Source: an uncultured Caldilineaceae bacterium
GTDB lineage: Bacteria; Chloroflexota; Anaerolineae; Caldilineales; Caldilineaceae
Length of the DNA: 27,308 nt
NCBI GenBank assembly: GCA_964541665.1
Contig: CAZIRP010000079.1
Coordinates: 1-27,308 of the forward strand
Direction of reading: 5' to 3'
The notes beneath the pieces are model-generated. The model had not been told where the DNA came from, did not search any database, and saw only the letters and a list, made by a program, of their open reading frames with translations. Shown piece after piece: positions 16,626 through 26,430 of this stretch. Numbering within the stretch: position 1 is the stretch's first letter; each line of letters begins with the position of its first letter. Made by a program: the position numbers and the translations under genes.

Positions 16626-18431
16626 TTATCGATCCACTTCACCCAACACAATGTCAATGGCCCCGAGAATGACAACGGCATCGGCGATCTTGTAGCCCAC
16701 CGACATGGGCCCCAGCGCGTTCAGGTTGATGTAGCTAGGGGCGCGCACATGATACCGATACGGGTTGGCCTTGCCATCGCTTACCAGGTAGAAGCCAAGT
16801 TCACCTTTCGGGCCTTCGACCCGCTGATAAACTTCGCCTTCGGGTGGGCGGAAGGTATATTTGCCTTCGGTATCGGGTGAGACAAACGGGCCGCCCGGAA
16901 TATCGCGCAGGGCCTGTTTCAGGATCTTGACGCTTTCACGCGCTTCCAGCAGGCGAATATAGTAGCGAGCATAGATGTCGCTTTCTGGCAGCGTGGGAAT
17001 GTCAAAGTCAAAGCGGTCGTAGATGCAGTATGGTTCCGCCTTGCGGATGTCGTAAGCCACGCCAGCTGCACGGATCAGCGGGCCGCTGACGCTGAGCGCA
17101 AGCAGATCCTCCGCCGAGAGATAGCCCACCCCGCGACCCCGTGCAATCACAATTTCGTTGTCGCTTAAGAGGCGGTCCAACTCATCCAGGACGCGGGGCA
17201 TACGCTCGTGGACCATATAATTGGCCTTCTCGAGCCAACCCGCAGGCAGGTCGCGCACCACACCACCAAAACGCATGTAGTTGCACATCATGCGCGAGCC
17301 GCTGACCTCCTCAAAGAGGTCGAGGATCATTTCCCGTTCCTCAATGGCATAGAGGGCGGGGGTTTGCAGCGCGCCCAAGTCGTTGAGGATAAAACCAATC
17401 GACCAGAGATGGTTGACCACGCGGGTCATCTCGGCCATGATGATGCGAATATAATTGGCCCGTTCCGGGATTTCGGTACCCAGCAGCTTTTCAACCGCCA
17501 AAGCATAGGCCAGATTGTTGCTCATTGAGTTGATATAGTCGAGCCGGTCGGTGAAGGGCATGTTCATCAACCAGGTGTTGCGCTCGCCAATCTTTTCGTG
17601 ATTGCGGTGCAAGTACCCCATCTCCGGCTCGAGCGCCAGAATCGTCTCGCCTTCGATGCGGGTGATCATGCGGAAGACGCCGTGCGTGCTCGGATGATGC
17701 GGCCCGAGATTGACGACGAGGCTGTCAGTATCCAACTCACCGACGCCATGGCCCTCTGGGGCCTGGCTGACTGGCACATAGGTCACTGGCTCTTGCCAGC
17801 TATCGGGATCCCACCCTTCGGGGTACGTCGAGTTGCCCCGCCAGGGTAATTTGTCTTCGTACCACAAAAAGCCTTCCGCGGGGTGACGGTTTTTGAAAGG
17901 CTTGGCCTCTTCTTCGAAGTAGGCTTCCTTCCAATCCTTGCGCATGGGGTGACCAGCAAAGCCTTCCCACATCAATGTCCGCCGCAGATTGGGATGGCCG
18001 GTGAACTTAATGCCATAGAGGTCGTAAACTTCACACTCTTGCAAATTCGCGCCCGGGTAGACTTGCGTGGCCGAGGGAACTTCTTCATCTTCCGGCACGC
18101 GCACATGCAGGCAAAGATGCCCGCCACCCTTGGTGGTGCTATAGAGATGATAGACTGTTTCAAAACGCTCGCTCACCCCGCTGCGGGCGCGGGCGCCATA
18201 AGCGCTATAATCGACCGCGGTGACGCTGGACAAGAAGTCATACGCTTCCTGGTCGCGCAAGTGGGTCAGCAGTGCGATCAACTTGTCGGGCGCAACAATC
18301 AACGCCGGATCTGTACCTTCGGCCCACCGGCCAATCACCGCCCCGGGCACTGCATCGTTGTAGGGCAGCGAGTTATCAACCGCGTTCTCGACACGATCCG
18401 CCCCAGGGGCGTCTGCCACGATTTGAGTCAT
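16626..18431 (-). CDS. nuoCD: Fused NADH-quinone oxidoreductase subunits C and D (NuoCD). The likely start is the ATG at 18431 (MTQIVADAPG...).
   Basis: The N-terminal half is 30-kDa NuoC-like. The C-terminal half is 49-kDa NuoD-like, ending ...ILGAIDIVLGEVDR with no NiFe-binding cysteines. AGGAAAGG precedes the ATG at 18431. Confidence 0.85.
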   Translation of the reverse strand: MTQIVADAPGADRVENAVDNSLPYNDAVPGAVIGRWAEGTDPALIVAPDKLIALLTHLRDQEAYDFLSSVTAVDYSAYGARARSGVSERFETVYHLYSTTKGGGHLCLHVRVPEDEEVPSATQVYPGANLQECEVYDLYGIKFTGHPNLRRTLMWEGFAGHPMRKDWKEAYFEEEAKPFKNRHPAEGFLWYEDKLPWRGNSTYPEGWDPDSWQEPVTYVPVSQAPEGHGVGELDTDSLVVNLGPHHPSTHGVFRMITRIEGETILALEPEMGYLHRNHEKIGERNTWLMNMPFTDRLDYINSMSNNLAYALAVEKLLGTEIPERANYIRIIMAEMTRVVNHLWSIGFILNDLGALQTPALYAIEEREMILDLFEEVSGSRMMCNYMRFGGVVRDLPAGWLEKANYMVHERMPRVLDELDRLLSDNEIVIARGRGVGYLSAEDLLALSVSGPLIRAAGVAYDIRKAEPYCIYDRFDFDIPTLPESDIYARYYIRLLEARESVKILKQALRDIPGGPFVSPDTEGKYTFRPPEGEVYQRVEGPKGELGFYLVSDGKANPYRYHVRAPSYINLNALGPMSVGYKIADAVVILGAIDIVLGEVDR

Positions 18432-18500
18432 GTACGCTACCTTTCCTGTAGCTAAGCTTGGCGGCTCTGTGCTGAGCACAAGCGCCAACAGAAGATGCTG

Positions 18501-19307
18501 TTACGCTACCGGCACACCCAGCTTGGACAAGTAGCGTTTGCGCACTTCTTCCAAATGGGCCTTTTTCTCGGCGGAAAGCAATTGGGGCTGGACCCGTTCG
18601 GCTGCGCCGCCAGCTGTGCTGCGGGCTGCACCTTCACCCAGCGTATACTCGCGGATGATCTCCACCTGGCGCGGGTCGAAAATGTCGGCACCCAGGATCG
18701 GCACCGGCACAAAGTCGTTGGTGCCCTTCTGATACCACGAGACCTTGGCGATGCTCTGGCGCTGGACCTTGTCGTGCAACTTGAGCAGGCCATAGATCAG
18801 CGCTTCGGGGGTGGGAGGGCACCCAGGAACATAAACATCCACTGGGATGTATGTGTCGATCCCGCTCACCACATTGTAGCCCTCTTTGAAGGGGCCACCG
18901 CCGGTCGCGCATGCCCCCATGCTGAGCACATACCGTGGCTCGGCCATCTGGTTATAGATGCGCACAATGGCGGGCACCATCTTTTTGGTCACCGTGCCCG
19001 AGACGATCATCAAATCGCTCTGGCGCGGGCTGGGGCGCATAACTTCCATGCCAAAGCGGGCCAGATCATACCGACTGGCGGCTGTGGCGATCATCTCGAT
19101 AGCGCAGCAAGCCAGACCAAAGAGCAGCGGCCACATCGAAGATTCGCGGCTCCAGTTGTAGACCTTGTCCAGGGTGGTTACAAGCACATTCGATTGCAAC
19201 TCGTCTGGGACGGTGATCGAGTCGTGGAGCACTTCTTGGACTTGATTTTGTTTTAGCCGCACAAAATTTTCCGCCGGGGTCAGCGTTTCAGTCGCAGTTA
19301 CTGTCAC
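18501..19307 (-). CDS. nuoB: NADH-quinone oxidoreductase subunit B (NuoB/PSST) with a GTG start and a ~50-aa C-terminal extension.
   Basis: The conserved motifs are [21 protein letters not shown] and VPGCPP. AAGGAG lies 6 nt upstream of the GTG. Confidence 0.85.
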   Translation of the reverse strand: MTVTATETLTPAENFVRLKQNQVQEVLHDSITVPDELQSNVLVTTLDKVYNWSRESSMWPLLFGLACCAIEMIATAASRYDLARFGMEVMRPSPRQSDLMIVSGTVTKKMVPAIVRIYNQMAEPRYVLSMGACATGGGPFKEGYNVVSGIDTYIPVDVYVPGCPPTPEALIYGLLKLHDKVQRQSIAKVSWYQKGTNDFVPVPILGADIFDPRQVEIIREYTLGEGAARSTAGGAAERVQPQLLSAEKKAHLEEVRKRYLSKLGVPVA

Positions 19308-19554
19308 AACTTGCTCCTTATACCGAATCCTTCGGTTTCATTGACGATGTTTGCTGGATGCCCACCGGTTGCGTGACAAAGCTGAATGACAACGGACCAC
19401 AAACCGGGCTTGCATAGGCAAAGCTGCTATCCCAGAGGCATTATGGATTGGCCGCTGGGAATTGTCAATTACGTACGTACTATCCTGAAATTCTCTGGAT
19501 CGAGCCATGCCGCCCAGGCAATGTGGGCAACAAACCAAATTTCAGGGTGAAAGC

Positions 19555-20106
19555 TTACGCGGCTTCAGGCGTGGGCATGGGCAAGCCAAATTGCTCCATC
19601 ACCCAATACGTCCAATCCACACAGCGTTGGCGGGTCAGGTTGGGCTGGTTGTCGTGGTCGAGGGGCAACCCCATGATCACATCTTCCACCGAGCCGCGCG
19701 AAAACTCGAACTCGAAGCCATCTTTGGGCCAGAAGCCGACCAATTCGCCGCCCAATTGCGCGACCTTCTCGCCGATGATGCCAATCGCATCCACAAAGCT
19801 GTTGGAATAGCCAAACTGGTCGCCATTGCCAAACAGGGCAACTTTGCGCCCCTTAAAGTTGACAATATCCAACTCGCTGAATTTGAGGTTCCAGTCGTCC
19901 TGCAACTCGCCGATGTTCCAGGTCGAGCAGCCGAAGATCAAATACTGATAATTTTCCATCGCCTTCAAACTCTGGGCAGAGACGATGATCAGTTCCACGT
20001 CGGCTACACCGCTATTTTCAATCTCTTCTTTAATAATATTGGCTGCGGTTTCACCAGCGCCCGTGGAAGAGCCATAAAATAACCCGATTTTGGGTTTGTC
20101 GGCCAT
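19555..20106 (-). CDS. fldA: Long-chain flavodoxin. The start is at the ATG at 20106 (MADKPKIGLFYGSSTG...).
   Basis: The FMN-binding loop is GLFYGSSTGAGE, and the length and insert are typical of long-chain flavodoxins. AAGGAG lies 8 nt upstream of the ATG. Confidence 0.8.
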   Translation of the reverse strand: MADKPKIGLFYGSSTGAGETAANIIKEEIENSGVADVELIIVSAQSLKAMENYQYLIFGCSTWNIGELQDDWNLKFSELDIVNFKGRKVALFGNGDQFGYSNSFVDAIGIIGEKVAQLGGELVGFWPKDGFEFEFSRGSVEDVIMGLPLDHDNQPNLTRQRCVDWTYWVMEQFGLPMPTPEAA

Positions 20107-20235
20107 GCGCACTGCTCCTTGGCTGTAAACGATAATCGCTTGCTCAGGTGTGAAACAAGCGGACTAGGCTGAACACTTCGCCGTGAGCCTTTGCGCCCCA
20201 CTGAGGGCAAACGGAATGGCGCAAAAGCACGGATC

Positions 20236-20291
20236 GATCATCAAATTGATTTTTGCCAGTCATTATACTGTTTGAACATCAACCCTGTCAA
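20236..20291 (-). promoter_or_regulatory. Near-consensus sigma70 promoter reading toward the flavodoxin gene. The -35 is TTGACA (complement of 20286-20291), the spacer is 18 nt, and the -10 is TATAAT (complement of 20262-20267). A Fur-box-like AT-rich hexamer array (TGATCATCAAATTGATTTTTG, 20236-20258) lies at or just downstream of the predicted start.
   Basis: The hexamers were read directly. The Fur-box call is by resemblance to the GATAATGATAATCATTATC consensus only. Confidence 0.45.
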
Positions 20292-20490
20292 GTACATTTT
20301 TTCACAAGCGCAGTGTGATTGTGCAATGGAATTTTGTCGCCTTGGTATCAACCGAGGATTATTGTAAAATTCACTCAGTACAAAGTCACCATCAACAACA
20401 CTACCGCAATCTATTTTATCCATCAGCGAAATTCCTGGTCATAGCATCTGTGGTGCGTATGGCGGCGCTGTTGATTGGGGCCCCGAACCT

Positions 20491-23400
20491 ATGACTCAGC
20501 TCAAGCTCTTTCTACTTGGTTCGCCGCGCATCGAACTAGACGGCGTCTCCATCGACCTACGGCGGCGTAAGATTTTGGCACTCCTGTTCTATCTGGCCGT
20601 AACTCGACAACAACATCGTCGTGATGCTCTGGCCACGCTTTTCTGGCCGGAGACAAGCCAAGCAGCGGCGCGGGCGGCACTCCGCCGCGAGCTACATGTG
20701 ATCAACCAGACTCTAGGCAGCGAATGGCTGGTGACTGAGCGCAACAGCGTAGGTATCAACAAGGCAGCCGAGCTCTGGGTGGATGTCCACCGATTCTTCT
20801 TAGAACTGGATAGTTGTCGCGCCCATGTGCATGATGACCAGATGGGCTGTGTTGCATGTCAGGCAGCGCTGGTGCGCGCTACCAGTCTCTATCTAGGTGA
20901 CTTTCTCACCGGCCTCACTCTGTCAGATTGCCCAGATTTTGACAATTGGCAGTTCTTCGAGACTGATACATTGCGGCGAGCATACGCCGGTGCATTACAG
21001 AAACTTGTTGATTTCCACCACGCACAGGCTGATTATGCTGCTGCTATCGACTATGCTCGCCGTTGGCTAGCGTTGGATTATACACACGAGCCAGCTCAGC
21101 GCGAGTTGATCCGCCTCTTTGCCGCAACTGGACAATATACTTCTGTCCTACGTCAATACGAAGAGTGTGTACGTATTCTCAAGCGAGAGTTTGGCCTATC
21201 TCCAGAACCGGAAACAACCGCCCTCTACGAGTCAATTCGGTCACGCCGTTTGCCCAAGGGTGAATTGCCAATCGATAGAGCTCACAAGACTATCCTGACA
21301 CGCCAATCACAATCGGGCGCCGCCAGCAATGGCCCCGTTATGGCGCAAAGTGAGAAAGCTGTTCACTTTGCTTGGGGAGAACAAGCCAGACCAGCCCTTC
21401 CGTTGATTGGGCGTGAAGCAGAGTGGCAACACCTCCAGACAGCCTGGCATACCGCACAGGCCAATGGTGCCCATTGCGTTGTTGTTGCTGGGGAAGCTGG
21501 CATTGGCAAGACGCGTTTAGCCGAAGAGTTGTTGGCATGGGCCTGGGAACAACGCATCGATTCAGCCTATGCTCGTTCATATCCGTCACAAGGTGAGCTT
21601 GCCTATGTTCCCGTTGTCGAATTGTTGCGTACCGTGCCTTTACAGCACCGTCTCGCTCACCTAGAGAATGTGTGGTTGCCCCATCTGGCGCGCTTACTGC
21701 CCGAGGTGCTGACCGCTCACCCGGAATTGCCGACGCCAGAATTCGAGATGGATAGCTGGCAGCGGCAACAACTTTTTGAGGCATTGGCGCGCACTTGCCG
21801 GGCGCTGCCTCACCCCTTGCTGCTGGTGTTGGATGATCTACAGTGGTCTGACCAGGAGACGCTGGACTGGCTCCACTATCTGGTGTCGTCTAGACGTCAC
21901 AGCAGTGCCCAGCCAACAGAGCGAGCACCGCTACTGGTGGTAGGTACGATTCGTACCGGGGAACCGGGCAATACGCAAGCCTTGCAACGTTTGTTGTGGG
22001 GCTTACGATATAATGGTCAATTGACTCATCTAGACTTGAGCCCGCTCAGCCCGACGGATACGGCCACCCTGGCTATCCAGATTGCGGATCAGCCGCTGGA
22101 ACCAGCTTTTATCGATCTGCTCCATCAAAATACTGCAGGGAATCCGCTCTTTATTGTCGAGACAGTTCGGGCAGGTGCCACGGTTTGGCCAACAGAAGCA
22201 CCAGAACAGCGGCAATGGGTTGTTGAATCACCTGCCGCTGCACTGCCTCCCAAAGTCTATGCGGTGATCCAATGGCGGCTGGGGCAGCTTTCGACCCAGG
22301 CGCAGGAAATCGCCGGGCTGGCCGCGGTCATTCGTCGTTCTTTCTCGTTCGATTTGTTGCGTGCGGCCAGCCAACTTGATGAAGAGATTCTGGTAATCGG
22401 GTTGGATGAATTGTGGGAGCGCCGGATTATCCGTGAACGAGGCGCTGAAGCCTACGACTTCAGCCATGATCGCATCCGCGATGTCGCCTATAGCCAGGTA
22501 GGGCCAGCCCGCCGCCGTCTGTTACATCGGCGCATCGTCAACGCGCTGGAAATGATCCATGCCCATCAGCTTGATAGCGTTAGCGGCGAATTGGCTACAC
22601 AGTGCGAACAGGCTGGGTTGACCAAGCGTGCGCTCGACTATTATGCGCGCGCGGCCGCCGCCGCCCAGCGCGTTGGCGCTTATCAGGAAGGTATGGCGCT
22701 TATCCGGCGCGGTCTGGCACTCCTCGAAACCATGCCCGACACGCTCGAACGGCTGGCGCAAGAACTGGCCTTGCAGATGCAATTATTGCCCATGCAACGC
22801 ACGGCGCTAGGCTATGCCGCCTCTGCCCAGGGGCAGACCCTATCCCGCGCTCGCGAACTCTGCCATCAGTTGAACAAACAGGCATTGCTTCATCATGTAT
22901 TGATTGGTCTCAATACACATTTCTATGGGCGCAGCGAATTCGAACGCTGCAAAACCTTGGCCAAAGAGCTTTTGGTGCTCGCCCACAGATCCCAAGAACC
23001 GATGGCGTTTGTCGAAGGGCATCACGCCATGGGTACTTATCACTTTGCCGTGGGGGGGGTCCAGGCGGGTCTTATACATCTTGAACAGGCTTTGCATCAT
23101 TACGCTCCCCAGCACCATCAGGATTATGTGTCGTATTTTGGCTTTAATTTCGATCCGTTCGCCCGCTCCTTCGTTGTTCACACATTGTGGTTACTTGGGT
23201 ATCCAGAGCAAGCTGTTCAGCAGCTAGAGGTTAACCTTGCCAAAGCACGTGCCCTAGCGCATCCACCCACGCTGGCGCTGGCGTTGGCCTACGCTGCCAT
23301 GTTATACCAGTTCCGGCGCGAGCCGGCTCAGGTGCAACAACTGGCCGCCGAGACAATCGCCCTCAGCGCCAAACATGGCATCACCTATTATGAACTCTGG

Positions 23401-23940
23401 GCGACCATGCTGTACACCTGGGCAGTGGCCGTCCAAACAGAGCGCGCCGACAGGCTATCCGCCCTATCCGCCATGCAGCGTAACATCGAGCAATTCCGCG
23501 CCACCGAGTCGAGCGTCCGTTTGCCTTACTACACCTCTCTGGCCGTCGATCTCTGTCTGCGTATTGGTCAGGTTGAACAAGGTCTTGCCATGCTGCGTGA
23601 AGCGGAAGAGTTTGCAGTCAGCACTGGCGAAACCTGGTGGTGTGCCGAACTTCACCGATTGCGTGGCGAGTTGTTGCAGCGCCAGGGCGCGACCCCAGAG
23701 GAAGCCGCGTTCTGTTTTGGTGAAGCCATCAACTTAGCCCGCCAGCAGGGTGCCCGGATGTTGGAGTTGCGCGCCACCGTGAGCCTGGCGCGGCTCTGGG
23801 CAGGAGCCGGTAAACAAGTGGAAGCTGCTCTACACCTGACCAACCTGCTCGGCGGCTTCAGCGAACGGTGGGAGAGCCCCGACCTGGCGGAGGCGCAGAC
23901 CCTGCTGAAGCGCCTACGCACAAGCGCCGCGCCGACCTAA
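20491..23940 (+). CDS. Large SARP/AfsR-type transcriptional regulator. It has an N-terminal winged-helix plus BTAD, a central NB-ARC/AAA P-loop NTPase domain (GEAGIGKT) and C-terminal TPR repeats.
   Basis: The N-terminus LKLFLLGSPRIELDGVSIDL...LLFYLAV...LFWPE is the SARP DNA-binding and BTAD pattern. The Walker A is VVVAGEAGIGKTRLAEEL, and the C-terminal third is helical repeats. Confidence 0.75.
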   Translation: MTQLKLFLLGSPRIELDGVSIDLRRRKILALLFYLAVTRQQHRRDALATLFWPETSQAAARAALRRELHVINQTLGSEWLVTERNSVGINKAAELWVDVHRFFLELDSCRAHVHDDQMGCVACQAALVRATSLYLGDFLTGLTLSDCPDFDNWQFFETDTLRRAYAGALQKLVDFHHAQADYAAAIDYARRWLALDYTHEPAQRELIRLFAATGQYTSVLRQYEECVRILKREFGLSPEPETTALYESIRSRRLPKGELPIDRAHKTILTRQSQSGAASNGPVMAQSEKAVHFAWGEQARPALPLIGREAEWQHLQTAWHTAQANGAHCVVVAGEAGIGKTRLAEELLAWAWEQRIDSAYARSYPSQGELAYVPVVELLRTVPLQHRLAHLENVWLPHLARLLPEVLTAHPELPTPEFEMDSWQRQQLFEALARTCRALPHPLLLVLDDLQWSDQETLDWLHYLVSSRRHSSAQPTERAPLLVVGTIRTGEPGNTQALQRLLWGLRYNGQLTHLDLSPLSPTDTATLAIQIADQPLEPAFIDLLHQNTAGNPLFIVETVRAGATVWPTEAPEQRQWVVESPAAALPPKVYAVIQWRLGQLSTQAQEIAGLAAVIRRSFSFDLLRAASQLDEEILVIGLDELWERRIIRERGAEAYDFSHDRIRDVAYSQVGPARRRLLHRRIVNALEMIHAHQLDSVSGELATQCEQAGLTKRALDYYARAAAAAQRVGAYQEGMALIRRGLALLETMPDTLERLAQELALQMQLLPMQRTALGYAASAQGQTLSRARELCHQLNKQALLHHVLIGLNTHFYGRSEFERCKTLAKELLVLAHRSQEPMAFVEGHHAMGTYHFAVGGVQAGLIHLEQALHHYAPQHHQDYVSYFGFNFDPFARSFVVHTLWLLGYPEQAVQQLEVNLAKARALAHPPTLALALAYAAMLYQFRREPAQVQQLAAETIALSAKHGITYYELWATMLYTWAVAVQTERADRLSALSAMQRNIEQFRATESSVRLPYYTSLAVDLCLRIGQVEQGLAMLREAEEFAVSTGETWWCAELHRLRGELLQRQGATPEEAAFCFGEAINLARQQGARMLELRATVSLARLWAGAGKQVEAALHLTNLLGGFSERWESPDLAEAQTLLKRLRTSAAPT

Positions 23941-23964
23941 AAGTCTTACCTATATGTTAAGCCT

Positions 23965-24336
23965 CTATACCGGGCGAGCATTGCCCAGTTGGCCGAGGTG
24001 CGTATATTTGAAACCGGCTATCTCCTTTAGGCCATAGCCCAGCGCCCGGTCCATCCCAATATGCGCCAGCCAGATCAGGCTCAATGATAGTAAGAGCGCA
24101 AAGCCAAACCAATAACCAACCCCAGTCAGCACTAGTGGAATGGCATAGGTGTGAGCAGCATTGTAGACTGCCTGGCCCGCCCGATTATCCGCTAGATAAC
24201 CAACCATAGAGAGGTCGGGCACCAACAGAAGAAGCGCAAACAGCCACCACGATGCGTCGGTTCCAGCGTACAAAAGAATGCTAACGACGAAAGCCGCCAA
24301 CCCCTCAATGCGTTGAATCACAATTGCCTGAGTCAT
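23965..24336 (-). CDS. DUF4260-family small membrane protein.
   Basis: It is 123 aa with 4 predicted TM segments and a family-typical N-terminus (MTQAIVIQRIEGLAAF...). GGAGA lies 6 nt upstream of the ATG. Confidence 0.55.
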   Translation of the reverse strand: MTQAIVIQRIEGLAAFVVSILLYAGTDASWWLFALLLLVPDLSMVGYLADNRAGQAVYNAAHTYAIPLVLTGVGYWFGFALLLSLSLIWLAHIGMDRALGYGLKEIAGFKYTHLGQLGNARPV

Positions 24337-24712
24337 CGTTTATCTCCATAATCAGAATATGTTCTGCGCTTTGACTACAAGTGTTATGGTCTACTCGTTC
24401 CTTTTCTATCTGCTGCATTACTTTTGCAACAGGTATCAGGATGGCAGGGTACACAGCGTTGTACATCGCCCGCCTGATGAAAATTGACGAGCGATAGATG
24501 GATTATGACAGCAACTGATCGGCTGATGCAATTCTCTTTTACCCAAACCGGGATCGCCGGTGACCACGCGGGCCTGAGCCTTCAGTGATCGCTGCTGCGG
24601 ACGATTTGTGATCGCCCGCTAACTATCCTGAAGTGGCTTGGCGAATAAACAATTTCGCTCGGCAACGTTGTATACATTTTTAGTAACAAGCTCATCTCAA
24701 GGAGAATCACTT

Positions 24713-25516
24713 ATGTCACTCACTGGTAAGTATGCGCTTGTGACCGGCAGTTCCCGTGGTATTGGGCGGGGCATTGCCCTCAAATTGGCCGAGAAGGGGG
24801 TCAACGTCGCCATCAATTATCGCCAAAATGAAGCGGCGGCCAAGGATACGTTGGTCAAGGTGCGGGAACGCGGCGCCGACGGCTTTGTAATCCAAGCTGA
24901 TATATCCCAGCCGGAAGAACTTAAACACCTCTTCAGTCAGGTACAGAGTAAGTTTGGCCACCTGGATATCTTTGTGGCCAATGCGTTGGGCGATCTCTTT
25001 GCTGTCCTTGCCCCGCCGCTGGCTGTCACCCCGGAACAGTTGAATCTGGCTACGGCCTCGCAGGGACAAGCTTTTTTGTTAGGCGTCCAGGCTGCAGCAC
25101 TGTTGATGCCTGATGGTGGGCGGATTGTGGCGATCACCTACACTCCAGGCGGCAACAAGGGGAGTTGGCAGCCTTACATTGCCCAAGGCACGGCCAAAGC
25201 GGCGCTGGAATGCTTAGTGCGCTACTTTGCCGTAGCGTTGGCGAAACGTGGAATTACGGTCAATGCGATCAGCCCGGGCTTAACCGAAGATAGCATTATC
25301 AGCGCCCTGCCGCCGGTTGCCCAAGAGCTGATTCACGACTGGGGTGAACGGGGATGGATGCCCATGGGCCGGATGGGCCGGCCGGAAGATATTGGCAACG
25401 CAGTCGCTATGCTCTGCACACCGGAAGCCGGTTGGATCACCGGGCAGACAATTGCTGTCGATGGTGGCGCGTCACTGATGAACGCTGATTTCCCACTGGA
25501 AATTCAGATGGGTTAA
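24713..25516 (+). CDS. fabL: FabL-like enoyl-[acyl-carrier-protein] reductase (SDR family). The start is at the ATG at 24713 (MSLTGKY...).
   Basis: There is colinear similarity to B. subtilis FabL (ALVTGSSRGIGRGIA, INY, HLDIFVANA, Y-x6-K as YIAQGTAK, TVNAISPG, MGRMGRPEDI, GQTIAVDGGASL). AAGGAG lies 7 nt upstream. Confidence 0.7.
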   Translation: MSLTGKYALVTGSSRGIGRGIALKLAEKGVNVAINYRQNEAAAKDTLVKVRERGADGFVIQADISQPEELKHLFSQVQSKFGHLDIFVANALGDLFAVLAPPLAVTPEQLNLATASQGQAFLLGVQAAALLMPDGGRIVAITYTPGGNKGSWQPYIAQGTAKAALECLVRYFAVALAKRGITVNAISPGLTEDSIISALPPVAQELIHDWGERGWMPMGRMGRPEDIGNAVAMLCTPEAGWITGQTIAVDGGASLMNADFPLEIQMG

Positions 25517-25535
25517 TTCATCGAGAGGAGCACAT

Positions 25536-26303
25536 ATGCCATACGCAAGCAACCAGGGTGCCAAGATCTATTATGAGGTTGAAGGGGAAGGACCACCGAT
25601 TGTCTTTGGGCACGGTGTAATGGGGAATATCAGTATGTGGTCAGGTTATGGTTACGTTGACATGCTCAAGGAGCAGTATAAGCTGATCTTGGTAGATACC
25701 CGTGGTCACGGAAAGAGCGACAAATTTTATACTCATGCTGCTTACGATCTCAAATTCATGGTGGATGATGTAATCGCCGTGATCGATGATCTGGGGATTG
25801 AGCAAATACACTATTGGGGTTATTCAATGGGTGGTTTTATAGGATTTGGTTTGGCGAAGTATTATCCGCACAGGGTACGCTCCTTAATCCTAGGAGGTGC
25901 ATCACCTTATCATGATCCAACCCAGCCCAATCCATTCTTGTCGATCATGCAGCGCGGCGTAGAAGAAGGTACTGAGGCGATGATCGAGGATTATCGTGCA
26001 TTATTTGGTGGCGCAATTCACCCGACAGCAGCAGAGCGCTTACGCACAGTAGACCCGCGTGCTATGGTAGCTTTATTTGAATTTTCACTGGATGAACAGG
26101 GAATTGAAGATGTGTTGTCTACCATGTCGATGCCCTGTCTACTATATATTGGCGAACAGGATGATCCTGAACATGTCATGACCTATTCTACGCAAATTCC
26201 CAATGCATCGGTTGTTGTGATTCCTGGGATGAATCATGGTCAGACATCCGCCGCCGTTGACTTGATTGTGCCAAGAGCATTAGCGTTTTTAGGAACGGTG
26301 TAA
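25536..26303 (+). CDS. Alpha/beta-fold hydrolase.
   Basis: The nucleophile elbow is GYSMGG, with HGxG upstream and a C-terminal His (MNHG). A strong RBS AGAGGAG is present. The GC content is visibly lower than the upstream genes. Confidence 0.75.
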   Translation: MPYASNQGAKIYYEVEGEGPPIVFGHGVMGNISMWSGYGYVDMLKEQYKLILVDTRGHGKSDKFYTHAAYDLKFMVDDVIAVIDDLGIEQIHYWGYSMGGFIGFGLAKYYPHRVRSLILGGASPYHDPTQPNPFLSIMQRGVEEGTEAMIEDYRALFGGAIHPTAAERLRTVDPRAMVALFEFSLDEQGIEDVLSTMSMPCLLYIGEQDDPEHVMTYSTQIPNASVVVIPGMNHGQTSAAVDLIVPRALAFLGTV

Positions 26304-26430
26304 CTGTGTTCTGTTTTGGTAAAGTTTTGTACTTCCATCGCCGAATTAATTGTTCGGCGGTTAGGTCGAGACTGATCAGCATTGTTGCGCAATGTCAATC
26401 GTTGAATAATCAAAGGTGATTGAAAACATA

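Noticed and set aside
24520-24620. Three GATCGC-containing segments (GGGATCGCCGG / GTGATCGCTGC / GTGATCGCCCGC) upstream of fabL as an operator array
   Set aside because: The copies are short and degenerate with irregular spacing. They cannot be distinguished from chance in GC-rich DNA without comparative data.
24638-24712. N-terminal 25-aa extension of the FabL-like ORF (MANKQFRSATLY...)
   Set aside because: There is no RBS at 24638, whereas a strong AAGGAG sits 7 nt before the ATG at 24713. FabL homologues begin at the Rossmann motif, so the extension is not translated.
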